Part shown: positions 38,801 to 49,500 of the stretch, piece after piece
Layout of the letters: every line of letters begins with the position of its first letter
Position numbering within the stretch: position 1 is the first letter of the stretch
From: Iphione sp. A-MEVVRFRX5
Lineage: Eukaryota
Assembly (NCBI GenBank): GCA_976226885.1
Contig: OZ320313.1
Span: forward strand, 34,658,001 to 34,722,000
DNA length: 64,000 bases
Reading direction: 5' to 3'
The notes under the pieces: model-generated
Seen by the model: only the letters and a program-made list of their open reading frames with translations
The model's database searches: none
What the model was told of the DNA's origin: nothing
Made by a program: the position numbers and the translations under genes

Positions 38801-41800
38801 TACATGACCATAGAAAACGTATGACTGCCACACCATGTAATAGGTGGGTGTAGGTTTGTGATGGTGGGGAGATGTGTCAGTTGCACAGAAAAAATATATA
38901 TACAGCTAACTACAAAATGTAACAAACGTCATGTGAGTCACGCCTTCAAAATATCTACGAAATATATATCAATATCACGCCTATTAACGACAGCAACGAT
39001 GCTCAGCCGAAGACTACCCGTACACTGCCATACGACACTGACATATCCAAATCCATACTCGTCAGATGGGAAGGCAATGCCAAATTGGATGACTGTATCT
39101 TTCGCACGCACTGTTCGGACATTGACAAGTGTCGGTTAGGCCTGATGAACGATGCCATAACTGCCTTCGTACGTCTTGCGGAAGGACGTAGAGCATTTGA
39201 CAGCACTACTCCGGGTCGCCACCGTGAAAACAGACGGGGATGATTTAAATGGCTTGTCGTCGGCTCCACTGGAAGGCAACATGGGTTTAGTATTGGACAT
39301 TCAGCTTGCACGACATGATGATCATAAATTGAAAGAAACCTCGGGTCGACTTCGAGGTTAATAGAAGGATAGGGTAGAATGAAGGTCACATGAGATCGAT
39401 ATTATATAAGTAAGCACACTTGTTTTCATATATAATGATAACAATGTGTCAGTCAGTATGTAAAATACGGATGGGCAAAAGAGAAAATATAACAAGGACA
39501 AAAGGCGAAGTTGTATGGTAACATAGTGGATGATAACAGGAACGTGGAAGGACTTGTCACACCAAAAAGAAGAAATGAAGGCATTGATGAATACAAAGGA
39601 AGAGGCATGGTTCATTTTCAGATGGGGTACAACTCCTTGCTGTAACATAGATTGCCCTGGACAAACATTTTTTTACAGAAGTATGCTTTGGAAAAAGGCA
39701 TCCGCCAACGCATGCGCACTCAGCCGACAAATCAGCGCAACTGTAAAGCCTCTTGGGAGAACATTCCCAATCCGGCAACCATGCAAGCAGAAGATGGAAA
39801 ATTCCCAACAGGACAATTTACTCAAGGCTCCGAGCTAAGATGGTATTCAAACAAGGTGATAACTGTGAGGAGAAAAAGCGGCAATTTGCTCGATAGAAGT
39901 AGGAAAAAAGTTAACGGTTTTTGAAAATTTCCATCTAACAATTGATCATTTTCATAATAATGCAGTTACGTTGTGGCGCTGCTGCAATAAAGCTATGTAT
40001 TTATATCCAAAGAGGTATTTTAGTTTTCTTTGCCCTAATGGATCAGCGTTTGCTCTATTCACAACATGTATACATGTTCATGCTTGAGCATTTTTAAAAA
40101 CAAACCTGCACAAAATCAGGGTCTGATCTAGTCCCAGCATATATGTCTACAGGCATTTATAACAAGCGTTTACAGTATCATAATTCATATCATTTTGTAT
40201 AAATATTTTGTTCTATGAGATCTTCCTACCCATAACCGAATCCGAACCCAAGCGACCAAGCAAGAGACTTAACGCCATATTTCGTGGCTAATAAAGATTA
40301 ATAAAAATCTCTCGCTCTCATCATTTAGTAGCTTAAGAGTCCTTAATGTCACAGGCAAAGACATATACATAACGACGTTAAGTCGCTATATAGTCCTATG
40401 TCATTTTTTTTTATCGTTGCCACAACATAATGCTCCTAGTTTGAACTAAAATGGAGTATTTATACTATTCATGCAATAGCACCCTAAGACATAATCACAG
40501 TAATACATTGGGCTATAAAGTTGTCTCTACGGGTATGCAGTAGCGTTATCTCAAATTCTGATTTTAAAAAATGTTATTGCCTTCAAATTTGTGAGGGAAA
40601 TATGGTTCTAGCATTCCTACGTTCATTTCTAAACTAATCCACACTTTCTTTCTCTGGTTCTCTCACAAACATACAAACGATCATGCACATATGTTGGAGG
40701 ATCAGTACAGGAGACTGAAATGCTTAGCCCTTGGGAATAAAATTGCATCAAAGGTTATCTATACTGGATCTGCAATGGTGACGTCACTCCCATGCATGCG
40801 TTTCACTTGCTAAATGTCATTCCACACGCCACGTCATCGTAGTCGTTAAAGCTGGAATAACATCACTGTCTCCATTGCACGCGAGTAGGCTGTGGTTAGA
40901 TAAGGTGACGGTGGGCCAGTGAATTGAAAGGCAGTACCCTGTTAGCCGCCCTGTACTAGCAAATTAATTGATAAGACCCATTTGCCAGAGAGACGCCTGC
41001 TTGCAGAGCATTTGTTGTTGTGCCCTATTTTTCAGCAGTGACAGATGACATTGTTACAAGTTGGGCCAGGAGGAAAAAATACAAACCACATAAGCATTGA
41101 CAGATTGGGGAATGCTTTCAAAGATCAATGTATTTTGCGGTGTTGTCCCAGACAGAACGATTTGAAGCTTTCTTGCAATGTCGAAAGTAAGTTGCTGCTA
41201 ATTGATTCCAATTTTCTATTCACAGCTCTCGTCTGAATCGTAAAAGTGAATAAAATTTCTAATTGAACGCGTGCAGTTCTACCATGGAGTGTCACGAAAA
41301 CGAATATTTTCTTCGATCGCAAAGTTCTGTTGCAGACAAACCTCCTAAAAAATAAGATTCAGTCATATGGCTCTATGAAACAACCTTAGCGATTTGGGCA
41401 TATCATGTCTACTTCAGTTAATGCCTATATTATCTATAGAGTGCCATGCCTCCATAAGTGTTTGGCTTGTCATAGAACCACATTTTGATTAATGAATTAT
41501 TTCATTAAAAACACTAGACATGGTCCTAATGAAATGATAACTAAGGGGTAACTAATTTGGCCTGTTGAGCCGGGAAATATTTGGAAATACCTCTTCAGGT
41601 CGTATGTCTAATTAGAATTATTACTCGTCTAACTCTTAGGGGACTCCCTCTATTGACTACTAATAGTTAGTTATGGATGAATATTGTACTATTGCGCACG
41701 AAGTGCGTGCTACATACACTCATCTGGTGTATCACTCCTGCCATTGGAAATACCGATCTAATTAAATACAAATAAACCTTACGCTGACTTAAGAGCCTAC

Positions 41801-42352
41801 AGGCATAAATACGAGGTACAAAAGCGAATAGCAATTAAACTACACGTCCCTCTCAAATTAAAGCTCAATGTTGTAGGGTGACCTTGATGCTATACCTGAC
41901 TCAATGTGTTGGCTAGGCTCCTCAATACTCACAACCTCCGCCATTTTGGAGGTCGGATGGCCCCGGTCCCTTCCTCCTTAAGGTCCATCTAGAGTGTCAC
42001 TTTTACTGTGCATCGTAGGTTTTAATTTTACAGGAGCATCCATTTAACTAGTGCGACAGCCCATCAAAGATTATGTTAATGACAGTGTTGAAGGGTCGGG
42101 TCACGTATACAGGACTTTGCAAAATGCTGCTTGTGTACTTAGAAGCTTATGGAAAGAACATTCATTTATTCCATCTCCATGCGGTACATACACCCTTGTG
42201 CGACCCGTCCTGATGGGATTTTTCTGTCTTTTTGTACCGCACGGTAGTGTAGTACAAGATATGTGTACCTTAGCTAAGCCTAAGTGCACGCCCAGATCAT
42301 ACCCTAAGCATCATGTGAAAATTCACAAAAGGAATCCCTTCTTCAATACATT

Positions 42353-42910
42353 GTGTCAAGGTTGGACCAGGACAATAATCCCAGGGCAGCCATGTCCTCC
42401 TTGGACATGCAGCTGGTAGTGACCTGGCTCCAGGCTGTAGTGAAGGCAGTGAAACCCACCACAGTGGAGCCACCTTTCATCAGTTCAGGGGTGAGACCAC
42501 TCCCAGAGGATGCTGAGTGTCTGGCCCTCCCTCCTGACTGTGATGATGAACCACCTCTCTCCCTGCTCCACAAGGTCCAGGAGGGATTTCCTGAGGAGAA
42601 CAGGATGACACCTGAAGAATACCAGGGTGGCCTGAAAGATGACACAATGACCCATAGCACCAATGAGGAGGACTGAACCCCTGAGGAGCCAGAGGAGGAA
42701 GAGGAAGATGAGGAGGATGCACATAAGGAAGAGAAGTGTGAAACAACTGACTCTGACACCCAGAAGATGTTCCTGAAAATGAGGAAACATTTCCTCCATA
42801 AAGGTCAAATTGAGTGCTTAGACCTCCCCCTACCCCTCCTGCAGTGCCACACCACCAAAACTCTGTCTAGGAAGGCTGTACAGACAACACTGGATAGTTT
42901 TTTTTTTAAA
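42353..42910 (+). pseudogene. C-terminal fragment of a second pogo/Tigger-like transposase
   Basis: One reading frame through a single TGA (42674): LDMQLVVTWLQAVVKAVKPTTV..FISSG (resembles the post-DDE 'AW..V.P.TI.NCF..G' segment), an acidic tract, and the terminal QTTLDSFF motif typical of pogo/Tigger transposases, followed by an AT-rich tail. Confidence 0.75.
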
Positions 42911-43869
42911 AATAGTTATAAATTGTCTCTGTAAATTGTTATTTATTTATATTGTTGTTATGTTGTCCCATATATTTATTTCTAATTTAAGAAACAGATT
43001 TAAGTCTACTCCTGTGTTGTCCTCATCCATTCACAAACTGACTTGTCATATGATACTCAGATTTCGAAAGAAGATGCATCTAAAATAAGGACAGTTTGGA
43101 TAAGAACCAAGGGTGTCTACAGTTGTGAGAGTCGACTGCGGTAACAGACATTTCCTTGGAAGTGATTCGGATACATATTTGTATTTATACAAAAGGTGTA
43201 CAGTGCGTCAACACCTCTAATTCATCCAAATCAATATGGAGAGAATAAATCGCTTTTAGTGAGGCTAGTGAGACAAGAACGACTTAGATTTAAGAGATGT
43301 AAGTTTTAGATGTCCGTGGAAGTGATTTCAATGAAGATTTCTATTTAAACAAAGTATTTTAGTGCCAGGGGTCAGAGAAGAGATAGAAGGAGAACACATT
43401 TTCAAATTTTGATGAAATGGACAACCTTATGCATTCTTGGAGGGCCCTCTTCTTGTCTGTACTTTCACCTACATGTTTCGCCGATATTATTACGTCTCCA
43501 ACAATCTCAGCATAAAATGCTTCGTATGTATCTATTTCATCTTATAAAGTTGGATTTTTGACGAAAGGAGGTTGCATGAAATAAAGACAATACAGCAGAA
43601 CAGCGGTGATATGGACCTAGGCACCTGTTTTCCAATACCGCACGATGCCGAAGACATCGTGTGGTACAGCGAAACCCATTCCTAGGTTCATACCAGCACT
43701 GCATGGCTGTATTCTCTGAAGACACACAATTCTGACAGTCAAGAAAGTGGTCACGGATGCTTTGAATGCAGTATTTTTGTGAGACCAATAATTATGGGTG
43801 ATTAATGTGTAAAATGAAGGATGAATTAAAAGGCAAAACAAAATAAAAATATAGATATGTGGTTTATGG

Positions 43870-44480
43870 GGTTGACTGTTCCGATGTCCGTGAAACCATG
43901 TCCATAGATTGTGGTTGATGGTGCCTAGCCAAGGGTCGGGCTGGCTGGGCGGTCAACCAAGGAGGACAGCCCGTTGGGTAGCGATCTCTGACAAGGTCAG
44001 CGATGTGCCGGAGTGTGGGTGGCATGGCTACTGAACATGTCCAGGTACATGAAGGGGGTGGTTGGGTGAAGGAAACATAGACTTAGAAGCTCATCAGGAG
44101 ATGTTAGGGTGGAGAGGGCGTTGTGTTGGGAAAGAAAAGGCCTAAACGTGTCTAGGGAGAGGGGACGCAGTGATTTTCTGAGCATAGGTACGGGCAGCGG
44201 AAGGAGACAAAGGATGATGGGACAACCCGAAGGAACACTACGGAAAGAATAGGTAAACGCCGGAAAATGTTAGGGATAAACCCTGAGAGTTTCTACACAG
44301 TAAGATGGGTATTGAAGATAGGAGTCGCTCATGGTAATAGCTATCAATGGTAAAGGGTTCAGTGAGGTGACGCACATCCACTGCTTTGGGAGGAGCTAGG
44401 GGAGGAGGTAGGAGAAGCCTGACAATTAGGCGTGCGTGTCCGTTGGTGTAGGAGGGATGAGATAGATCCATATAACAACG
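43870..44480 (-). pseudogene. degenerate L2/CR1-like LINE ORF2 fragment (endonuclease end plus linker)
   Basis: Across frames: PSYTNGHARLIV (resembles PTH..GHTLDLVI), SDSYL (SDHYL), LRPLSLDTFRPFLSQ..LSTLTSPDELLSL (post-endonuclease linker) and PPWLT (PW.T). Multiple stops and frameshifts; recognised by eye only. Confidence 0.5.
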
Positions 44481-44654
44481 TAAAAACCCCTGCCATAGTG
44501 GGCACCACCAATGACCCGGTAAATGATCTTGACATCATCTTGACATGATCTTGATATCAAGTTTATATCAGGTTGCTGACAGGAATATTGGAACTTATTA
44601 TTTGTCTATGGCAAATCTAGGCGCAACACAATGTAAAAGAAGATATATAGCAGG

Positions 44655-44950
44655 TTGCAGTTTGTATGGGTTAGAAAAGCACAATCTTGTATAAATGTTA
44701 GATCATGAGTTTAGTTAACATTACACTATATTGTGTTTATGACATTGCAGTTTGCTAGGTTAGAAAAAGACCTTCACATAACATTGTATAAACATTAAAT
44801 GATGACATTTAGGTAACAGAATAAAATGCCCCTAGAAGGTTGTAGCTTGGTTAGGTTAGAAACAATTTAATTTTAGATATAAATATTAACTCATAATATT
44901 TAGACAACATTAGGATGAAACATTCCTAGAATATTGTAGTTTGGTTAATT
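44655..44950. repeat. degenerate ~90-95-bp tandem repeat, about 4 copies
   Basis: TTG(C/T)AG(T/C)TTG..(T)AGGTTAGAAA anchors at 44655, 44745, 44840 and 44934. Confidence 0.6.
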
Positions 44951-45030
44951 ATGTTTCTAAGGTGTGTCGTTTCGTTACATTGGACAATGGAGATTAGGAA
45001 TTTGCAACATGATTTCATAGGCAATGAAAA

Positions 45031-45093
45031 TACCACAGTGGGTTAAATGTTGGTCTTTGAATCAGAAATAATGGATTCAAATCCTGCACTAGG
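45031..45093 (+). other. degenerate tRNA-like / SINE head (A-box and B-box-like motifs)
   Basis: CAGTGGGTTAA (A-box-like) and GGATTCAAATCC (B-box-like, 45073-45084) at tRNA-like spacing; no intact acceptor stem. Confidence 0.35.
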
Positions 45094-45227
45094 AAATACT
45101 GCTTTTTAGGTTATTTGTCAGGAAGGTTTTTTTTCTCACTTTACTGCAATGTTCTGGATACATTTAGAAAACTTCACCTTTTCATGTTGTTACAACATTA
45201 TACCACAATATTACCACAACCGGAATA

Positions 45228-45819
45228 CAGGAGAAACTTACTTTGCGACCACCACTTGGGTCGGCCCAAAATGGTCGTAATACTGAATATGGTCGCAAAA
45301 CAATAATTTGACCCCCCCCTCTCCCTCTCTCTCTACTTACATGTGGATTCTCTCTGAAATGTCCAAAAAGTGCCGAATTTGATGACTTTAAGTCAAAAAG
45401 TGCTGAATTTGATGACTAAAAGTGACTCAAAGAGGTGAGAGAACATCAGAGACGTCACAGTTGACACCCCAACCACTCTCGGCTGACCTCAACTGGGTGA
45501 GAGACCATCAAAGAAGTCGAAGTTGACGCCCCGCGACCACTCTTGGCCGATTCCTCCAGGGTGACAGACCATCAAAGACGTCGCAGTTGATGCCTGCAAC
45601 CACTCTCGGCCGGAATGGTCGCAAAGTAATAGTAAAATATACCGACAACAACCCTGGGAGGTGTGGTCAGAGGCTGAAAATGGTCGCAAAGCAATATGGT
45701 CGCAAAGCAATAATCACTCATGTAGGAAAATTATTAAAATTAATTCCATTCCGACCCGAAATGGTTGCAATAGTCGTCTTAGTCACAAAGTGATGAGGTC
45801 GCAAAGTATGTTTCTCCTG
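45228..45819. mobile_element. TA-flanked MITE (Tc1/mariner-type termini) with internal repeats
   Basis: 23-bp TIR CAGGAGAAAC(T/A)TACTTTGCGACC with one mismatch; TA at 45226-45227 and 45820-45821; several internal GGTCGCAAA copies of the TIR core. Confidence 0.88.
45434..45615. repeat. ~62-63-bp tandem repeat, 3 copies, inside a MITE
   Basis: GGTGAGAGACCATCAAAGA.GTCG.AGTTGA.GCC..GC.ACCACTCT.GGC.GA-type unit at about 45434, 45496 and 45559. Confidence 0.85.
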
Positions 45820-46518
45820 TACAATGTTGAAAATTCATTGTGGCAATATCACATGGCTTGCTGGGAAAATCTTGCTTACAGGGTTTTGAAGAGAAATAGG
45901 AAATACAGACTACTGAGTACGACTATCACAGCAAAGTCACATTTTCAACTTTTGCAGGGTAAATAATGTGACAGAATTTTAATCTAAACTCATCCATCTG
46001 GACATGAAGCATGCCGACTTGAATTTGTTTGCAATGTAATGTGGTCAGTAGGGCAGCAGTGTAACTATATTATAGAGTGATAGCAGATGCCTATGTTAGG
46101 AAGGGCTGGGTGAAGGCATACTCTGAGGGGTCAGTGAATACAGAACTGTGGATCCATGGAACTATCAGGGTCAGCAGGTACATTCCCATGGTACCACTAG
46201 GCCAGCTAAGGAGTGTTGGGGTCATTCCGTACAGCTTCATGGCATCAAGGGGGGCATAGATTTTAGTGTTACAAAGTTACTGTTCAGTGATTGGCCTCCT
46301 GTTTTGCATAGGCTACCCTGTATCTATGCGAGTCCCTCATTGGTCAGAAACGTACCATCGGAAGTGTGAATAGCTACTTAGTGTCATGTTAGAATAAAAT
46401 AGAATAGAATTCTGTTTATTGTCTTGTCCATCCCATTACATGAGCTCTTAAGGGCACGGCATAATGCAGTAATTCAACTTACAGTGGATGCTCCATTGTC
46501 ACTGGTCACACTTGGGAG

Positions 46519-46522
<4 letters not shown>

Positions 46523-46571
<49 letters not shown>

Positions 46572-46579
46572 AAGAGAGA
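46523..46579. repeat. (GA)n microsatellite
   Basis: Near-pure GA run with two AA interruptions. Confidence 0.95.
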
Positions 46580-49500
46580 GTTAAAGCTTGTTTTCTTGGG
46601 GCTGAAAATGAAATTCTGTAGAGAAAATGTTTTTTAGGCCATTCTATTTCGTACTTATATCAAATATTTGTATGCAATCAGATTGGAGTTTTCCACCATC
46701 AAAGCACATTTTCGGCGATACAACAGGGTAATCTAGCTATTCTCTGCAGTGGATATCATGCAAATAATCTACTCCAGACTGATACTGAATCATAAAAAAG
46801 AAGCTATGAATGGCTACAATGGGCCTCTTACATAGCTTCAGCTGATGTCTCGGCTGGCTAATTAGAAGTGTCTAAAGACTTCAGGACGACTGTTGTCGTC
46901 TTGCACACTATCCCAATTTTTCTCAACTTTCAGTACGACAGTAATATATAACCAATATATAGCAACAAAGCTATTGCTTTTGCTCGGATCACTTAGGCAA
47001 AGCTGTAATGCTCCATCAAGCATTGCAATCCATTGGCGAGCGGGGTAAGGTCATATAGATGCACCGGTTGTTTCGTTGATAAGCTACGTTTATGAGCTAC
47101 TCTGTTAATGAAATCTATTACCAGAATGGCACTCCCTATCATTACGACGCTTTACTGACACGGAGGTCTGGCAGTTTTTGTAATTCACTGGCATATGGAT
47201 ATCTTCAACAGAATAGATTTTATATCGCGCTTGTATCTTATGAAAATAGGTTCCGAGAACCTTGGAAGTCAGGAGGGATTTTTAAAAACAAATGAATATG
47301 ACACTTAAATATAACGGATATTTTTTCATTACTAGTAAACCAGTTAGAGAGATTGATTTTCAATATAAAAACAGTATTTCATCACATTCAATGCATCACC
47401 ATTGTTTATATCCACACCTTACTTAAATTAGCATAGAATATTGTTCCAGACAATCTATAAAATGCCTTGCACCTTGTATTTTAACCTGAAGCATATTTGC
47501 ACATTAAATATACGAATTTATGTTATACTTATGAATTAGGAGCCGAACATTTAAATGAAGTAGACTATGACAAGTATATATTGAGACGACTTTGGCAAAT
47601 GTTAACTAATGTATGATTTATTTAAATCTAGCATTAAGTTATAGGTCATTCATTCCAAATGTTCTACACAGCATGTTCCACCCTAGCCTAATGTTTGCCA
47701 AAGGAATGCATTTTCTCTTAAATCGATGAAGAAATGTGATATCAGCCTATGTCTTGACACAGACTGTTGTCCACATACTTGAACGTATGGAGAATCCCTT
47801 TCTCAAGAGGTTATATGCTTCGTATTGTGCGAGTAACTTCCTACACCAACTTTAATTTATAGTTTCCCATATTGAGGTTACTTTTATTCGTGATACAAAT
47901 TGCACAAGATATGTTAATTGCAGGGTACGCTGTAAAGGTCTAGCAAATAAATATGTTTTTGTTATTGACGCTTCTGTTGGTACAAAACAATACACTGCAC
48001 TACACTACTTTGGTCTCTCTGAGCACTACATCAATGGATACGAAAGGGCACCGAGCATTTAGAAGATATAGAACTACAAACGCGCATATTGAGGACGTTT
48101 GCCTGCCTGTAGCTACCACAATTACTTTCACATGATTAGACGTTCCTTTTGCTATATAATTATAAAGTCGACAAAGTAAGTGCGCATTGCGAAGTATATA
48201 CACTGATTAAAACATTCACGATTTAGAACTTCTGAAGATCACTAAAGTCTTTTGTAAAACGTTAGGTTGTGGTCTTTCTGTGATGGAGCATTAGCGTTAA
48301 GTGCTCTCCGTAAGTAAATCATTCAACTAACTGCCCCTCCCTAAACTGTTAGCAAGTTCTTGTACCACCTGCGCCAAATGAAGGCCACTATACAGAGCAA
48401 GGTACCTAATATCAAATATTTTTAATGCGATTTAACTACAACTGACGGCTGACTATTTAACGTGCGCAGTTGTGCAAGTCTGGGCGCCGAGTCATGTCCC
48501 TGCGATGAAGGGGCATTGTCTTTGAAACTCTCGTGTCTAAAATGATTTTCTAAGTGTAATGGTTGTAATATTCATGTCCATCCTCTCACCTTACTATCGA
48601 AGAAAGGAAAAAAAAGAGGTCCATCGAGACCTTATCTACATACATATCAGCCTTCCACAGTGAGGTACAGCCGGTGCATCTCATTGCTGTCGATAGTTGT
48701 CATTTACCACGGCGATACCGCCATCTGAAAACATTTCCCATCCTATGTAATCTACATAACGCTTCGGCGGACTGTAAGGCAGTTAGGTTTATTAATAAGA
48801 TTTCTTGATATTATTTTCTGCATTATGCCTCATGGCTGAAATGTTAACTTGGTGATTTGATCTACATTCATCTCTGATGTTTCCGTTTTCATTTTCACTT
48901 CTGACTATGAGAGGAAGCAACATTAGAACTTCGTTCGCTACATATCATGCCTGCATCTAATGATCAACTGCGTCATAGAGAAGATGCGTAATCAAATAAC
49001 GCCGACTGCAGACCGCCTTATTTAGCAGCAAGCAGACGTCCTTTAATTAGACAGAAAGTAAATAGGAGTAAGAGTTCTCTGTTCGTTTCATGTGTAACTT
49101 AATCCCTTCTTCTCAGGTTTAATACCCATCTCACTATCTTCAAATAGTTTGGAGTGGGCTTGAAGTTATTAATTTTCGTCTCGGAGCAGTACTTTCACTC
49201 TCAACCTCTTTCGAATACATAAAATTCAAATTTATCTTCTGCTTTTCGATGAAGAATGGAACAAACCGCCCGGATGTAATTTAAACCTACTGGACAATTC
49301 AAGGTGGCCTCCATCGGGGAGCGCATGGAGGCTATTACAAGGAATTGTTCATACCCGCCCAGGTTAACTCGGTTTTTACCTCTAATACCCAGCATTTGGC
49401 ATTCCCATTGCGTTACTGATAGTGTTTTGTGCAATAGTTACATCCGTGTCTTTCCCATGTCTCTACGATCCCTTGCAACAGATCCGGGGGAAACACCTTT

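Noticed and set aside
47092-47295. YYQNGTPYHY resembling the Tc1/mariner QDGAP.H motif
   Set aside because: The catalytic Asp is absent, no other DDE motifs are nearby and there are no TIRs.
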